A stretch of 64,000 bases of DNA from a bacterium (GTDB lineage: Bacteria; UBA8248; JACPRG01; G963555815), in the NCBI GenBank assembly GCA_965218795.1, contig OZ244653.1, positions 4,896,001 to 4,960,000 on the forward strand. The letters run 5' to 3'. The notes below the pieces were generated by a model, which saw nothing but the letters and a program-made list of their open reading frames with translations, did no database searches and was not told the DNA's origin. The position numbers were made by a program, and so were the translations under genes. Numbering within the stretch: position 1 is the first letter of the stretch; each line of letters begins with the position of its first letter. Positions 10,653-20,423 of the stretch are shown one piece after another.

Positions 10653-10705
10653 CGGGCGCTGGGCGGGCAGACGCCGACTGGCGGTGATGGCGCCGGCGAG
10701 TGGAT

Positions 10706-11746
10706 TTACCCCGTTTCAGTGGACAGTTTATGGCTGTCACCTCCAGCCCTGAGTTGGGCGACAGCCGGTGGACGTAAAGTCTTCCCCAAGATCGGTGGAT
10801 AGGATATCGCTGGAGGGGATATCTTTCCCTTTGGCTCTCCGCTCCAGCAAGCACCGGGCACCCCTCGGGCCGGACGATGAACGTTGCGCACTGCACCCGG
10901 CGTTGCCTTCGCCGCGTCGCGTTCGTAGTCGTTGGGGCTGAGGTAACCCAGGGCGGAGTGCCGGCGGCGTGGGTTGTACCAGCCTTCGATGAATTGGAAG
11001 ATCGCCATGCGCGCCTCGGCCTGGGTACGGAACGAACGCCGGTCGATGAGCTCGCACTCCAGCGTGGCGAAAAAGCTCTCGGCCATGGCGTTGTCATAGC
11101 AGTCGCCGGCCGACCCGGTCGAGGGAAGCACCCCCATCTCCCGGCACCGCTTGCCGAAGGCGAGCGAAGTGTACTGCGTTCCCCGGTCCGAATGATGCAC
11201 GACCCCATAGGGCCGGCGCTGTCCCAGCGCCATGTTGAGCGCCCCGAGCACCAGCTCGGTGCGAAGATGATGGGCCATGCACCACCCTACGATCCGGCGG
11301 CTGAACACGTCGAGCACGATGGCCAGGTACACGAACCCCGCCCAGGTCGGCACGTAGGTGATGTCGGCCACCCAGATTCGGTCCGGCCCATCGGCCTGGA
11401 ACTGGCGTTCGACCCGGTCCGGGACCGCACGATGACTCGGGTCCAGACGCGTGGTGCGCGTGCCCCGGCGCCGGCTCACCCCGGCCAAGCCCGCCTCGCG
11501 CATCAGACGAGCTACCCGTTTGCGGCTCACCCGACGCCCGTTGGCCGTCAACTCGGCATGCATCCGAGGCGCCCCGTAGGTGCCGCCAGATGCCTCGTGG
11601 ATGGCCCGGATCGTGCCCCCCAACGCCTCGTCGTGCTTCGCACGATTGGAACGCCCACGGCTTCGCCACGTGTAGTACCCGCTGGAGGAGACACCCAGCA
11701 CCCGGCACATCGTGGCCACCCGATGACAGGCCTGGTTCGCCTTCAC
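10706..11746 (-). CDS. IS3-family transposase OrfB (DDE integrase core)
   Basis: Motifs TYGAPR, WVADITY, LDVFSRRIVGW, HHSDRGTQY, DNAMAESFF and YNPRRRHSALGYLSP. Confidence 0.93.
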   Translation of the reverse strand: MKANQACHRVATMCRVLGVSSSGYYTWRSRGRSNRAKHDEALGGTIRAIHEASGGTYGAPRMHAELTANGRRVSRKRVARLMREAGLAGVSRRRGTRTTRLDPSHRAVPDRVERQFQADGPDRIWVADITYVPTWAGFVYLAIVLDVFSRRIVGWCMAHHLRTELVLGALNMALGQRRPYGVVHHSDRGTQYTSLAFGKRCREMGVLPSTGSAGDCYDNAMAESFFATLECELIDRRSFRTQAEARMAIFQFIEGWYNPRRRHSALGYLSPNDYERDAAKATPGAVRNVHRPARGVPGACWSGEPKGKISPPAISYPPILGKTLRPPAVAQLRAGGDSHKLSTETG

Positions 11747-11806
11747 GAGCCCGAAGACCTCCCCGGCACCGAGCCGGTCTCCCGTGCGAACCAGACCGCG
11801 GCTTTC

Positions 11807-13172
11807 CTAAGAAACTGCCTCCGCACCCTCCTGCAGAACATACCCCAGAGAAGCGGCCCGTCGGCGAAGATTCTTCACCACACGCTGACGATAACGCTCT
11901 TCATAGTATGAAGCGCCGGGATCCACATACTTCTGCCCATATCGCAGCGTGTTGTATAGCAGGACCGCAATCTTTCGGGCGGTGGCAGTCACCGCCTTGG
12001 CCTTGCCGATCCGCGCCGACAATCGACGATAGAACGCTCCGAGCGCGGTCTCGGTCCTGCCCACCGCCACCGCCGCCAGACGCAGCACCGCAGCGGCCCG
12101 ATTCGACGTACGGCGCGTTCTCGAGGCCAGAACGCGTCCACCGGAGATCTTGTTCGCCGGCGCCAATGCAAGCCACGACGTGAAGTGCTTCGCGCTCGGC
12201 CATCGAGACATATCCGTCCCACATTCGGCGATGATCTTCAGCGCAAGGTAGGGGCCGACTCCGTGAATCTGGGTCAGGTCTACGCCGAGCAACGCATACA
12301 GGGCGCCTCGTACGTCGAAGTTCAATCCGTTGGGCTGACGCGCCTTGTGCCGAGGCGCGGGCAGCGCCGCCGACGGCTCATCGACGCCATCACTGAGGCG
12401 ACCCAGGACCGCCTCGATTTCCTGGTCGCAGCGAGCCACTTGTGCTTGATACACATCGTACAGCTCCAGGGCCTGTCTCAGCGCAAAGACGTGCTCGCGT
12501 TGGTAATGCCCGACAAGCGCTTCACGGATCGTCTCGCGTGAGGATTTACAACGGCTGTCGCGCCATGCCGCGAGTAAGTCGGGGTCGACGACCCCCGACG
12601 CGATCGCCCGAATCATCCGCAGCCCCGTCACCCCCGTGATGTCGGACACAACATGGTGAAGCTGAACATTCATCTGGGTCAGCGCCTTTTGCATGTGTTG
12701 AATGTGCGCCGCTGCATAGTCGCAGGAGGCGCTCGCGCTGTCTCAGGTAAGACCGCAACTCTGCGATCCCGCGAGTGGGGCGAAAACTGGCTCGCAACAA
12801 ACCGTACTGGTGCAGCTGCTGCAGCCACTGCGCATCGTTCACGTCACTCTTGCGTCCCGGAACCGTCTTCACCTCCCGAGCGTTCACCACGATCACTTCC
12901 AATCCATGCTCTTGAAGGATCTCGAACAACGGGATCCAGTAAACGCCCGTGGACTCCATCGCGACCGTCTCGACCCCAGCCTCTTCGAACCAGTCGGCAA
13001 GACGCTGCAGGTCGTTGGTAAAGGTCTTGAAGGTGCGTACGGGCTCGTCAGTACCCTTCGATCCCACCGCGGCCACATGGATTCGCGACCCAATGTCCAC
13101 CCCCGCCGCATTGGGATGGACCACCGTCATGCCTCGGGAAGAACGTTTCGTCCTGCGCTTTGTACTCGCCAT
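11807..13172 (-). pseudogene. IS110 DEDD recombinase, split by a one-base frameshift near 12722
   Basis: DEDD residues in GVDIG, AMESTG and KSDVNDA; C-terminal IHGVG and NKISGG. The sequence CTC CTG C GAC TAT has one extra C between RERLL and DYAAAHIQHMQKAL. Confidence 0.88.
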
Positions 13173-13179
13173 GGGTCCC

Positions 13180-13411
13180 TCTCCTTAATCATGTTGGGAG
13201 ATGTCCGAGAGGCGGGACGGCGGTTCCCATCATTTTCCTAATCGGGCTCGTCGATCGACGGCGCCACAGTCAAGTCCGCAGCAGTCCCTGAACCACGTTT
13301 TTTGCGGGGTCATGATCCTCCAAAAAGCTGACGGTTGCTCCCCCCGGACATCGCACATTCTACGCTGCCCACCAAGTTTCCATTCGTCCAGGAAGACGCC
13401 GTCTTGTCCCG
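13180..13411 (-). ncRNA. Candidate IS110 bridge RNA in the non-coding left end
   Basis: ~240-nt non-coding end. It contains TTAGGAA and GTCCCG, which match the circular donor junction TTAGG-AA-CGGGAC, and CGCAAAAAA and CTGCT, which nearly match the occupied target. RNA boundaries are not defined. Confidence 0.6.
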
Positions 13412-13665
13412 TTTTTTAGGATCTCCCGCTCTTCGCGAAGCTGACGGACCTCTCGACGAAGCCGCCGCAGCTCCTCGAGCTCCGTACTTGTCAGACCGTC
13501 CTCACGACGGCCCTCGTCGCGGTCGGCCTGGCGCACCCAGTTGCGAATCACCGAAGCAGAACACTCGAACTCCCGGGCCAGCTCCCCGGGCGTACGGCCC
13601 GAGCGAACCAACTCGACCATCTGGCGCCGCTACTCCGGCGCGTAGGGCGAATGAGTCTTTCGCAT
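13412..13665 (-). pseudogene. IS3 OrfA (HTH), with an amber stop at codon 12 and interrupted by IS110
   Basis: Translates as MRKTHSPYAPE*RRQMVELVRSGRTPGELAREF...NWVRQAD...EEREILK and continues as KAAVWFARE beyond the IS110. Confidence 0.85.
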
Positions 13666-13748
13666 CTGAACACCTCCTGCGCACACTCTGAAGGTGTCCA
13701 CGAAAACGGGTCAACTCCAGCGTGCCGCGCACGGCGAAGCCGTCGGTG

Positions 13749-15367
13749 TCAGCCGTTGAGAAGATCGTTCGCAACCTGCCGCGCTTCGTCCAGAGTTTCG
13801 ACGATGTGCTCCTCCGGTACGTGCTGCAGGATACCGAGGGTGTGAAGGGTGTTCGCAACGGAGCCCGAGGCGCCCATTACGATGAACCCGATCTGCTCTC
13901 TCGTGGCGACGTCCATGAGCTGCTCTATCACCATGGCAGCGCTGTCGTCGAGATATGTGGCGCCGGAGAAATCAAAGATGACGACCTCGTGGTCCTTGAT
14001 GTCCGCGCTGATCACGCCCACCAGCTTGTAGGAGGATGCGACGGTGAAGCTCCCCTTGAGCGCCACCATGCCGACCCGCGCCGCGTACGGGTCCGCCGTG
14101 GCCATGTCCTCCCGTTCGGAGAAGAACGTCCGGTCCAGCAGTGGCACGGAAACCACGCTGTCGAGTTCCAAACCTTCCAGTTGCCGCGCATGGGCCATTC
14201 CTCCGGCGATCAGCCCGATCGCTACCGCGGTTACCAGATCGACGAACACCGTAAGGCCCAGCGTCATCAGCATGACGAAAAGGTGTTCGCGCCGGATGCG
14301 GTGGACACGGGCGAGAAGACGCCAGTCGATGATGTCCCAGCTGACTTTCATCAGGACGCCGGCGAGAGCGGCAAGAGGGATCGGCTCGACAGACTGGCCG
14401 AGGCCCAGCACCAGCGCCAGCGTAAGGATCGCCCCCAATGCGCCCGATACCCGGGTGAGTCCGCCGGCGCGTATGTTGGTCACGGTACCCACGGTGGCCC
14501 CGGCGCCGGGCAGCCCCCCGAAGAGTCCCGCAACCATGTTTCCGATACCCTGACCGACCAGCTCCCGATCCGGGTTGTGGCGCGTACCGGTCAGCGAATC
14601 GGCTATCAGGGAGGTGAGGAGGCTGTCCACGGAACCGAGCAGGGCGAGAATGAGCGCCGGCTGCACTGCGTGCAACAGGAAGCCGACGGACGGCAGCCCC
14701 AACTGCACGCCCGGCAGGCTGGTCGGCACCTGCCCGATGATCGGCGCATCGTTCAGCCACAGCACGCCCAGCAGCGTGCCGGCCATCAGCGCCGCAAGAG
14801 GAGCCGGCAGGAGTCTCGCCAGCCGACGGGGCCAGAGCACGCCAACCGCGAGAGTAACGGCGGCGATGGCGAAGGCGCTGAAGTTGATGTTGGCCACCGC
14901 CTCGGGCAACGCCCCGGCCGCGCGCCCATGGGTCCGCCCGGCGCGGTGGGCGCTCCGAGGAAGGGCATGGCCTGAATCAGCATGATGATGATGCCGACCC
15001 CGGACATGAATCCGGAGATCACCACGTACGGCGTGTAGACCACGAAGCGGCCGACCCTCGATATGCCCAGGAGCGCCTGCAGCAGACCGGCCAGAACGAC
15101 GATGGTCAGGGCTTCGGTCAGATCGGCCGCGTGCTTGGTGACGATGACCGCCAGAGCGACGGTTATTGGGCCTGTGGGGCCGGATATCTGGGACCGCGTG
15201 CCGCCGAACACCGATGCGAAAAAGCCGACCGCGATCGCACCGTACAGGCCGGCCGCCGGCCCCAGGCCCGACGCCACACCGAAGGCCAGCGAGATCGGCA
15301 GCGCCACCACCATGGAGGTGACGCCGCCGAAGATATCCCCGCGAAGCGTATTGAAGTCGTAGCCCAT
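13749..15367 (-). CDS. SulP/SLC26 family anion transporter with STAS domain (frameshift near 14920)
   Basis: First ORF carries GDIFGG..VVALP.SLAFG, SGPTGP and GFMSG. Second ORF carries ELVGQGIGN, G.LPGAGAT..T and STAS YLDDSA. A one-base shift joins them. Confidence 0.88.
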
Positions 15368-15395
15368 GTGACTATGTCCCGCGCCGGGCGTACAG

Positions 15396-15696
15396 GTGAT
15401 CACTGACGGCTGGATCGGCTATGCCGGTCTGCCGGACCACGACCACGGATATCCGAAGCTCATCGGCGCGATGGCCGCCCACGTGGCGCTGAAATGGACC
15501 CACCGCGCGTTCTCCAATCTCAAGCGCTGGGCCGCTCGGCACCGCGGTACGCCTTCTCCTGTCCACACCGACCGACCCACGCTGTCAGCGGACCTTGCCT
15601 GCGTCCTGAAACCCACTGCCAAGCCCAACTGATCGACCCGATCGTCGGCCCAGACGAGCAATATCCTGGAGCACGGGGGGGGCAAAGGGATACGCC
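15396..15696 (+). mobile_element. IS1595-family (ISXO2-like) transposase remnant with a possible right end
   Basis: Motifs ITDGW.GY.GL and AH..L.W.HR.FSNLKRW. GGGATACGCC at the end resembles a terminal IR. Confidence 0.6.
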
Positions 15697-15745
15697 TTGA
15701 ATATCCTTATATCGATTGATTTGTGACAGCAGGATACCAGCTCCG

Positions 15746-17083
15746 TTACACCGGCGAATCGCGCCGAGGCGGCGCAATGCCATACTGGCGCAGCGTACTT
15801 TCCAACGTCGGCTTGCCGAGGCGAATGCGTTCGTCATTCAGCAGGTAAGAGAATACATATCCAAGGCCGAGGATCAGCACACCGATTAAGAAACAATAGA
15901 TGACGGCCCGGTCAGGATAACCATCCTTCAAATATCCCATATAGAGCGGGCCAAAGATCCCCGCCGCCGCCCAAGCCGTCAGAATCGCTCCGTATATCAC
16001 CGACATTCTCTTCGCACCGAAGACGTCAAGGACGAAGGACGGCATCGTCGCAAAGCCGCCGCCGAAGCACAGCATGATGTAACAGACAAGCGCCGAGAAA
16101 ATCCAAGGATCACTTTCCGTCATCAGGATACCAAAGACAACCAACTGGCTGGCGAGCAGTATTCTGAATACCCGTACGCGCCCGATGTGGTCCGAGAGCA
16201 ATCCCCAGAACAGCCGCCCCACACCGTTGCACAAAGAACTCACAGCGATCAGCGTCGCCCCGTACTCCACAAGCGTCTCCGGCTCCACCGAGGGGTCGGC
16301 AAGTCCCCAAACATCCTGCAGCAGCGACGACTGAAAGCTGATGATGGAGATCCCCGCGGCGATGTTGAAAAAGAACACGAGCCACATGATCGTGAATTCG
16401 GTCGACCGGAGACAGTGGGAAACGGAGCCGGACTCGTCGCCTTCCACCGAATCCTCGCCACTCCGGGAGCTTGCGAGGGTTCGGTCGAAAGCGGGCGGCG
16501 GATCCCTCAACGCCAAGCTCGACGGAATCAATACACAGGCAAACACGATACCGAGCCACATGAAGACAGAATGCAGCTCCCCCTCCGTACGAAACACAAG
16601 AAAGGGCGCCAACACCTTGCTCAGCAGAAACGCGCCCACGCCGAAGCCCATAACGACAATACCGGTCGCCAGTCCCTTGCGGTCCGGAAACCATTTGGCC
16701 ACCGTCGCGACGGGCGTCACGTAGCCAAGCCCGATCCCCGCACCGCCGATGACGCCGTAACCGAGATAGAAGAGCATGAGAATGTCCAAGTGAAGGGCCA
16801 GGCTGGCGATAAGATAGCCGCCCGAGAACATGACGCTGCCCGTCACCGCCAGTCTTCGCGGTCCGACCCGGGGCAGCTGTGCGCCCGCCCACGCCGCCGA
16901 TAGGCCCAGTGAGAATATCGTGATGCTGAACGCCACGGCCGTGTCCGTGAACGACCACCCATGATGCTTGACCAGAAGTGTTTGAAAGAAGCTCCACGCA
17001 TACACCGTCCCGAAACAAACCTGCAGCACGGTGCAAAGCAGCACTGTCATCGCACGCGGAATCACGACATGCGGACCCGTCAT
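15746..17083 (-). CDS. OFA-family MFS transporter (oxalate/formate antiporter-like)
   Basis: Motifs GTVYAWS, LGYVTPVAT..KWFPDRKGLATG...MGFG, NG.GRLFWG.LSD.IGR and FGGGF. Confidence 0.9.
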   Translation of the reverse strand: MTGPHVVIPRAMTVLLCTVLQVCFGTVYAWSFFQTLLVKHHGWSFTDTAVAFSITIFSLGLSAAWAGAQLPRVGPRRLAVTGSVMFSGGYLIASLALHLDILMLFYLGYGVIGGAGIGLGYVTPVATVAKWFPDRKGLATGIVVMGFGVGAFLLSKVLAPFLVFRTEGELHSVFMWLGIVFACVLIPSSLALRDPPPAFDRTLASSRSGEDSVEGDESGSVSHCLRSTEFTIMWLVFFFNIAAGISIISFQSSLLQDVWGLADPSVEPETLVEYGATLIAVSSLCNGVGRLFWGLLSDHIGRVRVFRILLASQLVVFGILMTESDPWIFSALVCYIMLCFGGGFATMPSFVLDVFGAKRMSVIYGAILTAWAAAGIFGPLYMGYLKDGYPDRAVIYCFLIGVLILGLGYVFSYLLNDERIRLGKPTLESTLRQYGIAPPRRDSPV

Positions 17084-17194
17084 CCTCGGTACGTCCCGAC
17101 CGTCTCGCCTGTCGGCTTTGAACGCCAGTCACCCGTCGCCGCGCGCGGCCCGTCAACCCGGCTTACCTGCGAATACGCTTCCCCATAAAAGAAA

Positions 17195-17938
17195 TCAGAC
17201 ATCTCCGATCGGCTGAGCGCCGCGTGCTTTCTCGACATCCATGACCTCCGCAAAATAGAGGAAAAAGCGGGCGAGTTGCCCCGCCTCGTCGTCTCGCGCT
17301 AGAAGGCTCTCCTCCGTCGCCATGTTATCGCTCCTATTCGATGCAAGCTCCACCGCATAGGCGAGGAGCCTCCCGATAGGTTTGGCGGCGAGGTTGACAA
17401 ACCAGATGGCGGCGAAGACACCGACGACGAATATGATGGAAATGAGGTAGATCTGCTGACCGATGGCCCTTTGAACCTTCAGCGAAATCAACCCCGTATC
17501 CATTCCGATGTGAACGGTCCCGGCAATGCCCACCAGGATCGGACTGCCGACTTCGATGAAATCTCCTACCCCGGGCAGGCTTCGTTCCACGGTCGCCGTG
17601 CTGTGCGGGTCTCCCGTTCGGATCTCTTCGGGAATCCCGGGCACAAAGGTGTGGGCGAGGAATTCTCCTGATTCAGTCGTAATATAGATGTAGCTGATGC
17701 CTTGAATCTCGACGAACTGATCAATCAGCGCTTGCAGGGCCGACAAGTCGCGATTCAGTATGATGTCCACGCTCGCGTCGGCGATGGTCTTCGCGATTCC
17801 CTTACTGTTGCTCTCGTATTCCCGGGACAAGTGCGTATCGACCGTATAGATGCAAAGAACGGAGGTTGATACCCCTATCAGACCGAACAGGCAGAAAACA
17901 CCGAACAGCGTCTTCCGGAAGAGTTTCTGGATCTTCAT
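17195..17938 (-). CDS. Two-TM membrane protein with periplasmic sensor-like domain and C-terminal HAMP, no output domain
   Basis: Two hydrophobic segments flank a ~130-aa domain. HAMP-like KPIGRL...DEAGQLARFF is followed by the stop. Confidence 0.7.
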   Translation of the reverse strand: MKIQKLFRKTLFGVFCLFGLIGVSTSVLCIYTVDTHLSREYESNSKGIAKTIADASVDIILNRDLSALQALIDQFVEIQGISYIYITTESGEFLAHTFVPGIPEEIRTGDPHSTATVERSLPGVGDFIEVGSPILVGIAGTVHIGMDTGLISLKVQRAIGQQIYLISIIFVVGVFAAIWFVNLAAKPIGRLLAYAVELASNRSDNMATEESLLARDDEAGQLARFFLYFAEVMDVEKARGAQPIGDV

Positions 17939-17939
17939 G

Positions 17940-19262
17940 TCACGAAAACCTCTCCTCCCAGTTATCCAGAGTGATAAAGCGGCCCTTGTCGACGATGGTG
18001 TAGTAGACGCGCTGCAAGCCCTGCCGGCGACCAGGACCGAAAGAGACCCGTTCGCCGATGCCTAGATCGAAATCCCGTATGCTGAAGACGGCGTTTTCGA
18101 GGCTGCGTCGTTCCGGGTTGTCGCCCAGGCGATATAGAATCTCGGCCATCAGCTTGGCGTCGAGAAATCCCTCCAGACTGACGAAGCTGTAGGGGAAGGG
18201 TGTGTAGGGCTCTCTCAACAATTCTTGCGGCGCCCTGGGATTGTGACGCTGCATCAACTCACGGTACTCTTTGACGCTCGGAACAGAGACGTCTTCGTAA
18301 CTGGGGACCACCTGAGAATTGACCAACAGATCTGTATATCGCTGACTGTCGCTGCGCCCTTCCGTGATGAGCTTCAGGAGATTTTCGCTTCCCACAAAGG
18401 AGAGGTTGGCAATCGGAACCTGCAGCCCGAAGTTCACAGCATCGCGCAGAAATGCCGCGCATGCGGCATAGGCGCCGATACATATCACGGCTTCGGGGCT
18501 TGACGCCTTCAGTATCTCGACCTGTCGACGCATGCTGCCGGTGAACCTCTCACCGCGCCGATAGGTCGCTTCGCCCACAATCCGCTCCCCGTGTCTTCTG
18601 AGAGCCCGCCTCACGCCCGCCCATCCGCTGCGGCCGTAGGCATCGGCTTGATAGAATACGGCAATGCGCCTTCTGTTGATGCGAACGAAATTGTCAACGA
18701 GACCCGCGGTTTCCTGACGATAAGAAGCACGCAGGTTGAAGGCGAAGTCCCCGTAGGGCTGCTCCCGTTGCGGTTGGGCGCCCGTGAACGGAAAAAACAG
18801 GTAGACTTCCTTCGCCTGGAACTTCTTCAGTATGGGCAGCGCGCGAGTCACGGTCGGCGTGCCTACGTAACCGAACAGGGCAAACACCTGATCTTGCAGC
18901 ATCAGCGCCACAGTGTTCTCAACACAAGGATCCGGTTGGTAACCGTCGTCATACGTCTTGAGCGTGATCTTGCGGCCCCTGACGCCGCCACGCTGATTGA
19001 CGTACGCGAAGTACGAGCTGGCGCCTCGATAAAGCTCAATCCCCAGACCGCGTGAGGGACCAGAGAACGCCGCCGACATGCCTAGAAAAATCTCGCTGTC
19101 GGTCAATCCGGCGGGCTGTGGCTGGCTCGATGAACTTCCCCATGACAGAGACCGGAAAGGTTTCAAACCAAGCGCGAGAAAGCATCCGGCAAGACCGGAA
19201 CGGAGCGCGACTCTCCTTGTTATCGTCCGCATATCGTGTACGTCACTTTCCTCTTCGGCCAT
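17940..19262 (-). CDS. Periplasmic binding protein, branched-chain amino acid (type I) family, Tat signal
   Basis: TRRVALR Tat-like motif, then GMSAAFSGP, NQRGGV.GRKI.L..YDDGYQP, GYVGTPT and NLRASY. Confidence 0.88.
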   Translation of the reverse strand: MAEEESDVHDMRTITRRVALRSGLAGCFLALGLKPFRSLSWGSSSSQPQPAGLTDSEIFLGMSAAFSGPSRGLGIELYRGASSYFAYVNQRGGVRGRKITLKTYDDGYQPDPCVENTVALMLQDQVFALFGYVGTPTVTRALPILKKFQAKEVYLFFPFTGAQPQREQPYGDFAFNLRASYRQETAGLVDNFVRINRRRIAVFYQADAYGRSGWAGVRRALRRHGERIVGEATYRRGERFTGSMRRQVEILKASSPEAVICIGAYAACAAFLRDAVNFGLQVPIANLSFVGSENLLKLITEGRSDSQRYTDLLVNSQVVPSYEDVSVPSVKEYRELMQRHNPRAPQELLREPYTPFPYSFVSLEGFLDAKLMAEILYRLGDNPERRSLENAVFSIRDFDLGIGERVSFGPGRRQGLQRVYYTIVDKGRFITLDNWEERFS

Positions 19263-19400
19263 GTCACGCTGGCCATGTCGACCAGTCGGTCACGGCCCTG
19301 TCCGGTCATGACCGCCTGCGGGCGTCTCCCGGCGGTGCGCGTAGGCGAGTACGTTGGTATCTACGACAACCAAGCGACTGGGTTAAAACCGGAGCGTATG

Positions 19401-19781
19401 TCAGCGTATGTTTATCGTTAAGTCAAGCCCGAAACCGACAGGGACCGGCTCCAGGCCGTATTTCCTTCCTGCACCATTGACGAGGTACGCCAATTCTGGC
19501 GCACGGGCAATGGCGGCCATCAGGCGTTGCCAACTCAGGCGGCGCACAAGCCCCGGCACGCGACACGCGGCGATTGCTAACCCCCATTGTTTTTCGGCCT
19601 TGCCATCGTCCCGGAACGCGGGGTTGCGAGCATCGTAAACGACAAGTGCGTGCCCTCCGGCCGGGTCAAGCGCGCCGTCCGGCGTCAGGGCGGCGGCAAG
19701 CGCGTTTCGCGCCAGTTGGTAAACGTCTCCGAACGGGCACGGCTCATGATCGCGGTCGGCCGGCCAGTCGAACAGCCACAC
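19401..19781 (-). pseudogene. C-terminal fragment of a putative restriction-endonuclease-like protein (PGN_0703-like)
   Basis: Motifs YQLARNALAA, HALVVYDARNP and LSWQ.L. The 5' part is replaced by an IS3 fragment. Confidence 0.4.
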
Positions 19782-20140
19782 ACGGCTTGGCGCCGTGCCG
19801 TGGGCCTCACCAGTTTTTTGACAACAGCTCCTTCAGCGCCGCGTTGTCCAGATGTGCCTCCGCCAGAAGTCGCTTCCCATTCTCCGCCTCCAGCTCGCGC
19901 AGACGACGGGTGCCGGATATCTCCATCCCCCCGTCCTTCGACTTCCAGCGGTACAACGTCTGCTCCGATATGCCATGGCGCCGGCAGTTCTCGCGTGCCG
20001 TGGCGCCGGCCTCATGCTCGCGCAGCACCCCGACAATCTGCTCTTCGGTAAACCGTTTGCGTTTCATATCGAGTTCTCCTGTACTCAGCCTCTCCAGGAA
20101 AACTCCACATGCAATGGCCTGAATTACGGGGGGAAGGTCA
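19782..20140 (-). mobile_element. Truncated IS3-family (IS407-group-like) element: left IR, orfA and first codons of orfB
   Basis: IRL TGACCTTCCCCCCG at 20140, OrfA MKRKRFTEEQIVGVLREHEAG (19807-20067) and slippery AAAAAAC. OrfB LVRPTARRQAV then breaks off. Confidence 0.8.
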
Positions 20141-20423
20141 AATCGACCGCAGGTCTTTCATCCCGCCGGACTACACGATCATAGAAACTCCGTTGCCGCA
20201 GGGTGCCCTGAATCCCGAATTTCCAGGCCGCCCGCGGGGTGGCGAAATCGGGGCGGCACGTTGCCGTCGGGCCGGAACCTGGTTGGCTTGCCCTCAAACA
20301 GGATAAGATTCTCAAGGCATTCTTCAACCCGGCGTTTCGTGAAGCCTCTGCAGATGCCGCGTTTGGATTGAACAATATCGGTTTGTCGGATCGGACCGAC
20401 CTGAACAGAGGGAACCCCCGACC

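Larger units (their letters stand above)
11806..13411 (-). mobile_element. IS110-family element (~1.6 kb) flanked by a duplicated AA core
   Basis: Junctions CCTAAAA[AA]CGGGAC and TTAGG[AA]AGCCGCGG. Removing the element plus one AA restores IS3 orfA ILKKAAVWFARE. No terminal IRs. Confidence 0.9.
10701..13719 (-). mobile_element. IS3-family element interrupted by an IS110 element
   Basis: Terminal IRs TGGAGTTGACCCGTTTTCGTGGACA (reading inward from 13719) and TGGATTTACCCCGTTTCAGTGGACA (from 10701). orfA and orfB are present. No perfect target duplication (GCGAG vs GCGTG). Confidence 0.9.

Noticed and set aside
13630-13632. Amber codon in IS3 orfA as pyrrolysine or programmed readthrough
   Set aside because: It is one substitution away from a Tyr codon in an element already inactivated by IS110, and there is no other sign of amber recoding.
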